Notes: generated by a model from the sequence alone, not told the origin. Positions 28,353 to 37,433 are shown, counted from the stretch's first letter. The stretch: DNA of 64,000 bases from Mycobacteriales bacterium (GCA_046595815.1 JBKJSN010000130.1:1447-65446), one strand, 5' to 3'. A program made the numbers and translations.

Positions 28353-29818
28353 CAGAGGGCTCCTGGTAGCTGGTTGACGGGGTGGTCGCCGAGCGCCCAC
28401 AGGTGCTGCACCGCGTAGGCGCGCCAGGGACGCCACCGCTCTGCCCGGGCGATCAGGTCCTTGCCGATGGGCAGCCCGGCGATGGGCGCGAGGGTGGCGA
28501 TCCCGAGGTCGGTGGGGAGGAAGGCGTCGGGGTCGCCGAGGGCCCGCATGAGGACCGTCTCGACGGTCCACGGCCCGACCCCCTTGAGGGCGTGCAAGGC
28601 CGCGCGCGTGTGCTCACGATCGGCGCCAGGGCCAAGGTCGAGGTCTCCGTCGGCGAGTGCGCGTGCGAGCCCCAGGAGGGTGTCACGACGGCTCTGTGGC
28701 ATCGCGAGAGTGGCCGGATCGACTACCACGAGCTGCTCCGGCGTCGGGAACAGGTGCGTGAGACCGCCTGCGGTGTCGACGATCTCGTCACCCAGGGCGC
28801 GTGCAAGGCGGCCGCTCAGGGTCTGGGCTGCCTTGGTCGAGACCTGCTGCCCGAGCACCGCGCGCAGGGCCATCTCGTCCTCATCGACGGTCCTCGGCAC
28901 GCGACGGCCGGGTGCCTTGCGCACCAGGGGGGCCAGCGCCTCGTCCTCCGACAGAGCGGCGTCCACGGCCACCGGGTCGGCATCGAGGTCGAGCAGCCGA
29001 CGGCAGCGCGCAATCGCGGTGGAGAGGTCCCGCATGTCCTGCAGCGACAAGGTGCAGCGCACGTGATCAGGGTTCGGGGCCAGGGCCACGATCCCCGTCC
29101 CGTGGGGCAGCCGCAGGGTCCGGCGGTACGCGCCGTCACGCCACTCCTCGACGCCTGGCACCGCGGTGGCGACGAGATGGCCGTAGAGGTTGTCGGGGAA
29201 CAGCGGCTGGCGGAAGGGCAGCCGCAGGCTCACCGTGCCTCGGGTCCCGCCAGGCTGCTTGGCCTTTGCCCGCAACTCGCCTGGAGTCGTCGCGAAGACC
29301 TCACGCACCGTGTCGTTGAACTGTCGGACGCTGCCGAAACCCGCGGCGAAGGCGACGTCCGCCAACGGCAGGCCGGTGGTCTCCACGAGCAGGCGGCCGG
29401 TCTGCGCCCGGTGGGCGCGGGCGATCCCGAGCGGCCCGGCACCGAGCTCGGCTCCGAGGGTGCGCTCGACCTGCCGGCGGCTGTAGCCGAGCCGCCGCGC
29501 AAGGCCTGGCACCCCCTCCCGGTCGACGACGCCGTCACCGATGAGCCGCACCGCGCGGGCGACGAGATCGGAGCGCAGGTCCCACTCCGGCGATCCCGGA
29601 CTCGCGTCGGGGCGACAGCGCTTGCAGGCCCGGAAGCCTGCCGCCTGCGCCGAGGCTGCGGTCGGGTGGAAGTCCACGTTCTTGGGCTTGGGAGGTACGG
29701 CGGGACAACTGGGGCGGCAGTAGATCCCGGTGGTTCGGACCGCGGCGAAGAACCAGCCGTCGAAGCGCACATCCCGAGCCTGGAAGGCCCGCAGGCACTG
29801 GTCCCGGTCGAGTGGCAT
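28352..29818 (-). CDS. alkA: Ada N-terminal (Zn, AraC HTH) / AlkA DNA-3-methyladenine glycosylase fusion
   Basis: CRPSCP...CKRCRP zinc site, AraC-type HTH and an HhH-GPD glycosylase C-terminus. Same ada-alkA / ogt arrangement as in mycobacteria. Confidence 0.85.
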   Translation of the reverse strand: MPLDRDQCLRAFQARDVRFDGWFFAAVRTTGIYCRPSCPAVPPKPKNVDFHPTAASAQAAGFRACKRCRPDASPGSPEWDLRSDLVARAVRLIGDGVVDREGVPGLARRLGYSRRQVERTLGAELGAGPLGIARAHRAQTGRLLVETTGLPLADVAFAAGFGSVRQFNDTVREVFATTPGELRAKAKQPGGTRGTVSLRLPFRQPLFPDNLYGHLVATAVPGVEEWRDGAYRRTLRLPHGTGIVALAPNPDHVRCTLSLQDMRDLSTAIARCRRLLDLDADPVAVDAALSEDEALAPLVRKAPGRRVPRTVDEDEMALRAVLGQQVSTKAAQTLSGRLARALGDEIVDTAGGLTHLFPTPEQLVVVDPATLAMPQSRRDTLLGLARALADGDLDLGPGADREHTRAALHALKGVGPWTVETVLMRALGDPDAFLPTDLGIATLAPIAGLPIGKDLIARAERWRPWRAYAVQHLWALGDHPVNQLPGAL

Positions 29819-29932
29819 ACCTCCAGCATGGACGCTCGCCGTACCCCTGTCTGGCGGGATTGCGACATGGACCTAAGGCGACGACCTGCGCGGTAGGGTT
29901 TGCTAACCGCCGTTCACATCAAGGAGTCGGGC

Positions 29933-31090
29933 ATGAGCTTCGTCGAGACCGAGGAGCGCATCGCGCTGCGTGCAGCCGTGGCGGATCTCGCAGGACGGTT
30001 CGGGCCGAAATACCTGCACGCAAAGGCGATCGCCCACGAACCCCCGCTCGAGCTGTGGGCCGAAGCCGGCAAGGCCGGGTTTCTCGGGGTGAACCTCCCC
30101 ACCGAGTACGGCGGCGGTGGCGCAGGCATCTACGAGCTCGCGCTTGTCCTCGAGGAGCTCGGAGCACACGGCTCGCCCCTGCTGATGCTGGTCGTCTCGC
30201 CGGCCATCTGCGGCACGATCATCAGCCGCTTCGGGACCGAGGCCCAGAAGCAGCGCTGGATCCCGGGCATCGCCGACGGCTCCACGATCATGGCCTTCGC
30301 GATCACCGAGCCCGACGCCGGATCGAACGCCCACCGCATCACCACCACGGCAAAGCGCGACGGCGAGGAGTGGGTGCTGTCGGGCCGCAAGGTCTTCATC
30401 TCCGGCATCGACTCTGCTGACGCGGTGCTGGTCGTGAGCCGCACCGAAGACGCGAAGACCGGCAAACTCAAGCCTGCGCTGTTCATCGTGCCAACCGATG
30501 CGCCGGGCTTCCAGGCCACTCGGATCCCGATGGACCTGCACATGGCCGACAGCCAGTACAGCCTGTTCCTTGACGACATCCACCTGCCCGCGGACGCCCT
30601 CGTCGGCACGGAGGACGGCGGCCTCATCCAGCTGTTCGCTGGCCTGAACCCCGAGCGGATCATGGCGGCCGCGATCGCCTCCGGCATGGGGCGTTACGCC
30701 CTGGACAAGGCCAAGAAGTACGTCAACGAGCGCCAGGTCTGGGGCCAGCCGATCGGCGCGCACCAGGGCATCGCGCACCCGCTCGCGCAGGCCCACATCG
30801 AGGTCGAGCTCGCCCGGCTGATGATGCAGAAAGCCGCCACCCTCTACGACCTCGGTGACGACATGGGGGCCGGAGAGGCTGCGAACATGGCGAAATACGC
30901 CTCCGCTGAGGCTTCGGTGAAGGCCGTGGACCAGGCGATCCAGTCACACGGCGGCAACGGCCTCGCGTCGGAGTACGGCCTGGGCGTACTGCTCGCCAAC
31001 TCGCGTCTGAGCCGGATCGCGCCCGTCAGCCGGGAGATGATCTTGAACTTCGTCGCCCAGCACTCCCTGGGCCTGCCCAAGTCCTACTAG
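29933..31090 (+). CDS. Acyl-CoA dehydrogenase
   Basis: ATG at 29933 after aaggag. Contains ITEPDAGSN and a C-terminal helical domain. Confidence 0.85.
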   Translation: MSFVETEERIALRAAVADLAGRFGPKYLHAKAIAHEPPLELWAEAGKAGFLGVNLPTEYGGGGAGIYELALVLEELGAHGSPLLMLVVSPAICGTIISRFGTEAQKQRWIPGIADGSTIMAFAITEPDAGSNAHRITTTAKRDGEEWVLSGRKVFISGIDSADAVLVVSRTEDAKTGKLKPALFIVPTDAPGFQATRIPMDLHMADSQYSLFLDDIHLPADALVGTEDGGLIQLFAGLNPERIMAAAIASGMGRYALDKAKKYVNERQVWGQPIGAHQGIAHPLAQAHIEVELARLMMQKAATLYDLGDDMGAGEAANMAKYASAEASVKAVDQAIQSHGGNGLASEYGLGVLLANSRLSRIAPVSREMILNFVAQHSLGLPKSY

Positions 31091-31614
31091 CCCTGCACGG
31101 CGAGCAGCCGCCGCAGCCGCTCCGCCGACGCTTCCCCGAGTCGCTGTTGCGTCTGCTCGTGGACCGTCTGGCGCCACCAACCAGCACGCTCGCTGGTCCG
31201 GCGTCGGTGGCAATTCGCGCACCGCACGTCGCACTTCGCGATCTCCGCCTCAATGGTCTTCCAGGCGGTGAGGCGAGTGACCAGGGCCGCAACGTCAGCG
31301 GCCTTGATCTCACCCGGTACGTGGTCGAAGTCCAGGCAACGGACGTCGCCCTCGCCGCAGTCGATGCAGGGGTGCAAGAGCAGATAATTCGTAATGCGCT
31401 GGCGATACTGCTTCCGCATGGCCTTCGCACGGGCCGCGACCGCCACCACGTGTCGGCTCTTGTTTTCGGTGTACCAAGCCTTGCAGCAGTCACGGCACCG
31501 AGGTTGGCGACCATCCGGGGCCGACCTGCGGAGGTTGAAGGCATCGAGTGGCTTGGGCTCGTGGCACGTCGAACAAGTTTTCACGGCGTGAACGGTAAAA
31601 ACTCGGACCGACAA
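31087..31614 (-). CDS. Stand-alone HNH endonuclease-like protein
   Basis: Cys-rich: CSTCH, CRDCC, CIDCG and DFDHV...CANCH (HNH/zinc-finger pattern). Start is TTG 31614 or GTG 31584. Visibly lower GC than its neighbours. The stop overlaps the acyl-CoA dehydrogenase stop by 4 bp. Confidence 0.6.
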   Translation of the reverse strand: MSVRVFTVHAVKTCSTCHEPKPLDAFNLRRSAPDGRQPRCRDCCKAWYTENKSRHVVAVAARAKAMRKQYRQRITNYLLLHPCIDCGEGDVRCLDFDHVPGEIKAADVAALVTRLTAWKTIEAEIAKCDVRCANCHRRRTSERAGWWRQTVHEQTQQRLGEASAERLRRLLAVQG

Positions 31615-31810
31615 AACCCTTTTTTCCGTGGTGCCCCCGGACGGTGCTGCCCCGCCTTCCGCGGTTTAAAAGACCGCTGCATCACTGAAATGCTTCGGGG
31701 GCCGGGACATGCGCGAAACCTACGGCCGAACGATGCGCCGAAAGCTAGGCGGAACCGAAACCCAGCGCAGAGCCTAGTGGCCTCGGCGGAGTTGAGGGTG
31801 TGCCCGCCCC

Positions 31811-31912
31811 CGCTTGTCTCGCGAACAATCGGTTTCCGGGCCGCGAGGCTCGGTTGCCACGCTCAGCAGGGCCGAGACAGGGCCGCGAGACCGACCGTTC
31901 GCGAGACAAGCG
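31811..31912. repeat. 16-bp perfect inverted repeat closing an imperfect rod-like hairpin of about 100 nt
   Basis: cgcttgtctcgcgaac (31811-31826) pairs perfectly with gttcgcgagacaagcg (31897-31912), checked pair by pair. Further internal pairing (tcggt/accga, ctcgg/ccgag). Begins 32 nt after the stop of the minus-strand membrane gene. Confidence 0.6.
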
Positions 31913-31943
31913 CGTCGTGGGGTGGGCGTCGAGGGCGCCGGCG

Positions 31944-33254
31944 TCACGTACCGAGCAGCAGCACCAGGCCACCGCAGGTGAGGGCAACCATGACCAAGAG
32001 CATGGGTACCTGAGCGGTCCACGCTCGGTGTGGGCGTCCCTGGGCCTCCGCGTCGATGACAAGGGCTCGGTCGTGCGCCAGCACGAGGCCCAGCAGGTGC
32101 GCGCCGACGATCGCAACGGCCGACACGAGGGAGATGACCCTAGGGCTGACCAGGCTGTAGTTGATCGCATCGCCGCGGGTGCCGAACAGGTCGATCCCCT
32201 GGTCGAACGGGTCGCTGGCGAGGATCCACGTCATCTGGCCGTCCAGCAGGAGCAGTGAGAAGTAATGGGCAATCGCGTAGCCCGCTGCGATCGGCACCAG
32301 CGAGGGGGCATAGCGATCGAGCAGGCCACGACGACCGGCCACGAGCCCTGCGCCGTGAGCCCCCGCGGCGAAGAGGAGCGCGACGGTGCCGACGCACCCG
32401 ACCATCGCCAAGGTGGCGGTCAGACCCCGCGCCTCCTGACCGTGGCGGGCGTCTTGCCACCAGGTCGTCCGCGTCACCCCGTCGAAGCCGGTGGTGCCGA
32501 CCAGAACGACCACGACGGCCCACAACCCGGGTACGGCGGGCAGGCCGGCCACGCCGTCCAGTGGACTCCTCCAGACCAGGACCCCGTCCGCGCGCCGACC
32601 CAGAACGGCCAGCCTGGCGAGCAACCTTGACCACACCTCGAAGCCGTCGCCCTGAGCGAACCAACCGGCGCCGAACCAGACCGCCGCGAAGAGCTGGGTC
32701 AGGGCGTAGACAAGCAGGAACAGGCCAACCCGACGGGGGTTTCCACGCTCCGGTGCAGCAAGCTCCATCCAGGCAAACGCCAACAATCCCAAGGCTCCTG
32801 GCCACAGACCGATTCGGGGCAGCAGATGCGCCAAAGGTGCCGGACCAGTGGCTCGTGCGATCCCGGCGTACAGCGTGCGAAGCGGGTTGAGCCGTCCCCA
32901 AACCGGGCCGAGAACCAGGCTGGCCGGCACCAGGCCGACCCAAAAGGTGACGTAGAGCGCCCAGGGTGCAGGGTTGTCCTGCAGGAGAGGCGAGCCGACG
33001 AGCGCAGCCGCAACGACGACAGCTGACAGGGCGAGGATCAGTCCTCGCATCACTGCTGTGAGGACCGGGCTGTCCAGCAACCGGGCGAGGCGAGCAGGGA
33101 TCGGACGGCCAGCGATCTCGCCCCTCAGTCGGGGGCTGCGCCAGAGGCCTCCAAGAGCGGCGAACGAGGCCACCAGCGCCAGGGTGGAGCCGATCACGAC
33201 GTAGGACGTGGGCAGCGGCAGGTCGGTGCGAGTGCCGACTCCGTGGGCGAGCAC
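31944..33254 (-). CDS. Polytopic membrane protein, function unknown
   Basis: 436 aa with about 10 TM spans. N-terminus is LAHGVGTRTDLPLP. The GTG start directly abuts the stop of the upstream lipoprotein gene. Confidence 0.65.
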   Translation of the reverse strand: MLAHGVGTRTDLPLPTSYVVIGSTLALVASFAALGGLWRSPRLRGEIAGRPIPARLARLLDSPVLTAVMRGLILALSAVVVAAALVGSPLLQDNPAPWALYVTFWVGLVPASLVLGPVWGRLNPLRTLYAGIARATGPAPLAHLLPRIGLWPGALGLLAFAWMELAAPERGNPRRVGLFLLVYALTQLFAAVWFGAGWFAQGDGFEVWSRLLARLAVLGRRADGVLVWRSPLDGVAGLPAVPGLWAVVVVLVGTTGFDGVTRTTWWQDARHGQEARGLTATLAMVGCVGTVALLFAAGAHGAGLVAGRRGLLDRYAPSLVPIAAGYAIAHYFSLLLLDGQMTWILASDPFDQGIDLFGTRGDAINYSLVSPRVISLVSAVAIVGAHLLGLVLAHDRALVIDAEAQGRPHRAWTAQVPMLLVMVALTCGGLVLLLGT

Positions 33255-33665
33255 CTACTGCACCTGAAAACGCACGAGGACCAGTCCGGCAGCCTCGAGC
33301 TCGGCCGCGATCACGCCCGGAATGTCGGCAGTGAAGGTGAGGACCGCCGTACCACCGGCCGCGACGTGGGCGCGTTGGTCATAGGTGTGCAGGTGGACCT
33401 CGTCGGAGACATCGCTCGTCACGAGCAGACGTACGACGTCACCCCTGCCGACCAGGATCCTCCGGGCGCCACCGAGCACCTCTCCTGCGCGGACCGTGAC
33501 CGTCACCAACTGGTCAACGCCCGGCGGGAGAGTGCTGCCGGGAGAGCGCGGTGTGGAGGACGACGGGGCCGAGGAGGGCCCGCCGGCCGTCGATGGGGCA
33601 CCAGTGCCACAAGCGCTGAGCAACGCCGCGGCGAGGGCAAACACCGCGAGGCGCGGCAACGACAC
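33255..33665 (-). CDS. Lipoprotein with cupredoxin-like beta domain
   Basis: Lipobox LLSAC, Ser/Pro linker, then VTVRAGEV...GDVVRLLVTSDVSDEVHLHTYD...TFTADIPGV, a cupredoxin/EfeO-N-like pattern recalled from memory. Confidence 0.55.
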   Translation of the reverse strand: MSLPRLAVFALAAALLSACGTGAPSTAGGPSSAPSSSTPRSPGSTLPPGVDQLVTVTVRAGEVLGGARRILVGRGDVVRLLVTSDVSDEVHLHTYDQRAHVAAGGTAVLTFTADIPGVIAAELEAAGLVLVRFQVQ

Positions 33666-33709
33666 GGCACTCTCCTTGGATGGGCGAAAGGCTCATCCTG
33701 CCATCGACG

Positions 33710-34399
33710 TCAGCTCCTGGCGGTCCGATCGCCGCGTCTCTCGCGGTCCGTGGGGAGTCCGGCCCGCGACCACTCCGGGAAGCCGTCCTCCAGCCGCCGA
33801 GCCGCGAACCCGCGACGGCGCAGGACTCGCACGGCGTCGTCGGCGTACACGCAGTAGGGGCCGCGGCAGTAGGCCACGACCTCGGATTGTCTCGGTAGGT
33901 CCTTCAGCCGTCGGGCGAGCTCGGCGAGCGGCACGGACAGGGCACCCTTCACGTGGCCGGCGGCGTACTCGGCTCGCGGACGCACGTCCAGGACAACGAC
34001 GTCGCCGCGGCGCAGGCGAGTCCTCAGCTCCGTACGCGAGATCGTCTCGAGCCCCGCGCGGTCACCCAGATAGGCCTCGGCGAGGCGGTCGAGCTCCGCA
34101 ACGTGGACTGCAGCGACCTCCCGCAGCTGCGACCACAGGTCGATGACCTGGTCGCTGGACAGCGCGTAGAAGACGCGAGTCCCTTCGCGTCGCGTGCGCA
34201 CTAAGCCGGTCCTGAGCAGCTGTTGCAGGTGCTGGGAGGTGTTCGCGACGCTCTGCTCGATCTCAGCGGCCAGCTCCTCAACCGACCGTTCGCCCTGGGC
34301 CAGAACGTCCACGAGCTCAGCGCGACGCCCACTGCCCAGCGCCTTCGCCACCTGGGCAAGGCCGTCGAACAGCGCGTCCTTGGCGGCCCGGTCACCCAT
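33710..34399 (-). CDS. ArsR-family HTH regulator fused to a rhodanese domain
   Basis: ATG at 34399 after ggagg. HTH is ELAAEIEQSVANTSQHLQQLLRTGLVRTRREGTRVFY. C-terminal rhodanese has the active loop YCRGPYC. Confidence 0.8.
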   Translation of the reverse strand: MGDRAAKDALFDGLAQVAKALGSGRRAELVDVLAQGERSVEELAAEIEQSVANTSQHLQQLLRTGLVRTRREGTRVFYALSSDQVIDLWSQLREVAAVHVAELDRLAEAYLGDRAGLETISRTELRTRLRRGDVVVLDVRPRAEYAAGHVKGALSVPLAELARRLKDLPRQSEVVAYCRGPYCVYADDAVRVLRRRGFAARRLEDGFPEWSRAGLPTDRERRGDRTARS

Positions 34400-34482
34400 G
34401 CCCTCACCTCCCTCCGAGCACCAACCTATATATTCAAGCGAATACTTGACAAGGACCAAAGCGGAAGGGAAGCCTGGCTCAC
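34400..34482. promoter_or_regulatory. AT-rich divergent promoter/operator region
   Basis: The only AT-rich patch nearby is ctatatattcaagcgaatacttgacaagg, with inverted repeat tcaag-n6-cttga (34434-34449). The reverse strand reads TTGTCA-n18-TAGGTT upstream of the regulator gene. Confidence 0.4.
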
Positions 34483-35862
34483 ATGAGCAGCCCGCTGATC
34501 CTCCCCCTGGTCGACGAGGGGCTGGGCAACTCGGCGTACCTCGTGGACCTCGTGGACGGCCGGGCCCTCGCGGTGGATCCTTCCCGCGACCTGCGGGCCC
34601 TGCGCAACGCCGCCGCCAAGCACGGCCTGACCGTCGCCTTCTCCGCCGAGACGCACCTGCACGCCGACTTCCTCACCGGCTCCGTCCAGCTTGCCGCAGA
34701 CCACGACGTCGAGGTGCTCGGCGCTACGGCGGACGGCCGCGGCTTCCGCCACCAGGGCCTGGCCGAAGGTGACGAGGTCGACCTCGGCGGCCTGACGCTG
34801 CGCGCCCTCGCGACCCCTGGCCACACCCCTGGCCACCTGTCGTACCTGCTCCTCGAAGGCTCCCAGCAGCTCGCGGTCTTCACCGGCGGATCCCTCATCG
34901 TGGGCGCGGCCGCCCGCACGGACTTGTCGGGCGAGGACCGCACCGAGGAGCTCGCGCGGGCGCAGTACCGCTCGCTGCACCGCCTGGTCGACGAGCTCTC
35001 CGACGACACCCTCGTGCTCCCCACACACGGCGCCGGGTCGTTCTGCTCCGCCCCACCTGGTACGGCGAGAACCAGCACCGTCGGCGAGCAGCGCCGCACG
35101 AATCCGCTGCTAGCGGCCTCCGATGAGGACGCGTTCGTGCGCCAGCTGCTGGACAGTCTCGGCAGCTACCCGTCGTACTTCGATCGCTTGAGCGAGGTGA
35201 ACCGACGCGGACCTCAGCTGGTGCACGAGCCGATCCTGACTCCGCTGGCCAACGCCGACGTGGTGCGGCTGAGGGAGTCCGGCGCTCAGGTCGTCGATGT
35301 GCGGCCCCTCGACGACTTCGCGGCAGCACACATCCCGGGGGCGCTTTCGATCGAGCTGCGCGGAGCCTTCGGGACCTGGCTCGGCTGGCTGACCGACCCC
35401 GCTCGACCCGTCGTGGTGGTCCGCAACCCCGAGCAGGACCCGGAGGAGATCCTCTGGCAGGCGCTGAAGGTCGGCTGCGACCAGCTCGTTGGCGAGCTCA
35501 CCGGTGGCCTCGCCGCCTGGCAGGCAGCGGGAGGACAGACGCACTCGATGCCCGTCATCGACGCAGCTCAGGCTGACCCGGCCCGCCTGCTCGACATCCG
35601 TCAGCGGGGCGAGTTCGCGGCAGGGCACGTCCCCGGCGCCCGTCACGCCGAGCTCGCGACGCTCGGCGGGACGAGGGTCCACGAGGCGAGGGTCCGCGAG
35701 GCGTTCGACGGGCCTGTGCAGACCGCCTGCGGCCACGGCGAACGCGCCGCCACCGCAGCCAGCCTGCTCGCCGCCGCCGGTCGCCAGGACGTCACCATCG
35801 TCCGTGGCAGTCCCGGCGACTGGGCCACGGCCAACGGCATCGCGCTCGAGGTCGGCCTGTGA
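34483..35862 (+). CDS. MBL-fold hydrolase (persulfide-dioxygenase-like) fused to two rhodanese domains
   Basis: ETHLHADF metal motif and PGHTPGH. The first rhodanese lacks a Cys. The second has the CGHGER active loop. Confidence 0.8.
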   Translation: MSSPLILPLVDEGLGNSAYLVDLVDGRALAVDPSRDLRALRNAAAKHGLTVAFSAETHLHADFLTGSVQLAADHDVEVLGATADGRGFRHQGLAEGDEVDLGGLTLRALATPGHTPGHLSYLLLEGSQQLAVFTGGSLIVGAAARTDLSGEDRTEELARAQYRSLHRLVDELSDDTLVLPTHGAGSFCSAPPGTARTSTVGEQRRTNPLLAASDEDAFVRQLLDSLGSYPSYFDRLSEVNRRGPQLVHEPILTPLANADVVRLRESGAQVVDVRPLDDFAAAHIPGALSIELRGAFGTWLGWLTDPARPVVVVRNPEQDPEEILWQALKVGCDQLVGELTGGLAAWQAAGGQTHSMPVIDAAQADPARLLDIRQRGEFAAGHVPGARHAELATLGGTRVHEARVREAFDGPVQTACGHGERAATAASLLAAAGRQDVTIVRGSPGDWATANGIALEVGL

Positions 35863-37094
35863 CGCAGGTTCGCCTGGGACTGAAGGAGAATCTGGCGCAG
35901 TTCGGCCTGCTCGTCGGGGTGAACGCGCTCGTCGGGGCGATGCTGGGCCAGGAGCGGACCGTCCTGCCCCTGCTCGCCAGCGAGGTCTTCCACCTCACCG
36001 CCTACACCGCGGCCCTGACCTTCATTCTTGCGTTCGGGCTGACCAAGGCGATCGTGAACTTCTTCGCCGGACAGCTGTCGGACCGTTATGGGCGCAAGCC
36101 TGTGCTCGTCGCCGGTTGGGTGATCGGGCTGCCGGTGCCGCTGCTGCTGATCTGGGCGCCGTCCTGGGGCTGGATCCTTGCCGCCAACGTGCTGCTCGGC
36201 GTGAACCAAGGGCTGACCTGGTCCACCACCGTCATCATGAAGATCGACCTGGTGGGGCCGGCACGACGTGGTTTCGCCATGGGGTTCAACGAGGCTGCCG
36301 GTTACGGCGCCGTCGCCGCGACTGCCCTCGCGACCGGCTTCATCGCCCAGCACGCCGGACTCCGGCCAGAGCCGTTCTTCCTCGGCATCGCCGTGGTGGC
36401 TCTCGGACTCGGGCTGTCGACCTTCGCGGTGAAGGAGACGCACGCTCACGCCAAGCACGAGGCCGCGCACCACATCGCCACGGACGCTGCGATGCACGCC
36501 GACCTCACGACGCGTCAGGTGTTCGTCCTCACCAGCGTGCGTGAGAAGGCCCTCTCCGCGGCGAGCCAGGCCGGGCTGGTGAACAACCTCAACGATGGCC
36601 TGGCCTGGGGGATCTTCCCGTTGCTCTACGCACGGGCGGGAATCTCGATCTCCGGCATCGGCGTGCTCGCGGCCCTCTACCCCGCGGTCTGGGGCGCCGG
36701 CCAGCTCATCACGGGGGCCTGGTCGGACCGCATCGGCCGCAAGCGACTCATCGCGGCCGGCATGTGGCTACAGGCCGCCGCCATCGCCCTGGTCGCCCTG
36801 GGCAGCACCTTCACCGTGTGGGCGTTGGCCGCCGTACTCCTCGGTGCCGGCACCGCGATGGTCTACCCGACGCTGCTCGCTGTGATCGGCGACGTGGCGC
36901 ACCCTGCGTGGCGGGCCAGGTCCATCGGGGTCTACCGCCTCTGGCGCGACGGGGGGTTCGCCGTCGGGGCGCTGCTGTCCGGCATCGTCGCCGACACCTA
37001 CGGCCTGGTCGCGGCCGTGTGGGTGGTGGCAGTGCTCACCGCGGCATCCGGGACCGTGGTCGCTGTCCGGATGTACGAGACCCACCCGCCCTGA
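35859..37094 (+). CDS. MFS transporter
   Basis: 411 aa, 12 TM, motif SDRYGRKPVL. The GTG overlaps the upstream stop (GTGA). Confidence 0.8.
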   Translation: MTQVRLGLKENLAQFGLLVGVNALVGAMLGQERTVLPLLASEVFHLTAYTAALTFILAFGLTKAIVNFFAGQLSDRYGRKPVLVAGWVIGLPVPLLLIWAPSWGWILAANVLLGVNQGLTWSTTVIMKIDLVGPARRGFAMGFNEAAGYGAVAATALATGFIAQHAGLRPEPFFLGIAVVALGLGLSTFAVKETHAHAKHEAAHHIATDAAMHADLTTRQVFVLTSVREKALSAASQAGLVNNLNDGLAWGIFPLLYARAGISISGIGVLAALYPAVWGAGQLITGAWSDRIGRKRLIAAGMWLQAAAIALVALGSTFTVWALAAVLLGAGTAMVYPTLLAVIGDVAHPAWRARSIGVYRLWRDGGFAVGALLSGIVADTYGLVAAVWVVAVLTAASGTVVAVRMYETHPP

Positions 37095-37100
37095 CACGGT

Positions 37101-37133
37101 CGTGAGGTGCGACCGACAAGGCCGCACCTCACG
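37101..37133. terminator. Bidirectional hairpin terminator
   Basis: cgtgaggtgcg-n11-cgcacctcacg, an 11-bp perfect stem between convergent genes. No clear U-tract. Confidence 0.55.
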
Positions 37134-37151
37134 AAGTCAGCCGCCGATCGG

Positions 37152-37433
37152 CTAGGCGTGCCCGAAGGACGTCGAGTGGTGGCGGTTACGCACGGTGTCG
37201 ACGAACTCCGTGACGATGCCGGCGACACAGGCCGCGGCCAACGCGATCAGCGCGATGCCCCACCAGGCCATCCCGCCATCCGCCGTGCTCGTGAGGTCGA
37301 CGTACAGCGAGGGAGATTCCCTCACGGGGTCGGGCTCGGGGACAAGCGCCGACGCTGCTGACGCGGTGCCGACCAGGGCGACCAGGGCCGTGGTCAGGAT
37401 CGTGAGCAGGCGGCGTACACGGATACGAAGCAT
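37152..37433 (-). CDS. Small signal-peptide / single-TM protein
   Basis: 93 aa MLRIRVRRLLTILTTALVALVGTASAASA...WWGIALIALAAACVAGIV...NRHHSTSFGHA. Good GC3. Confidence 0.5.
   Translation of the reverse strand: MLRIRVRRLLTILTTALVALVGTASAASALVPEPDPVRESPSLYVDLTSTADGGMAWWGIALIALAAACVAGIVTEFVDTVRNRHHSTSFGHA

Noticed and set aside
29897-29916. ttgctaaccgccgttcac upstream of the acyl-CoA dehydrogenase resembles one half-site of the 5399-5427 palindrome
   Set aside because: There is only a single half-site (12 of 14 matches) with no inverted partner nearby. It could be chance in GC-rich sequence. Worth including in a genome-wide motif scan but not claimable.
31811-31912. Long hairpin as a known housekeeping RNA (SRP/4.5S, 6S, tmRNA, RNase P)
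   Set aside because: It lacks the conserved SRP domain IV motif (GGAAGGAAGCAGC-like), a tmRNA tag region and RNase P conserved regions. I keep it as an unclassified structured element only.
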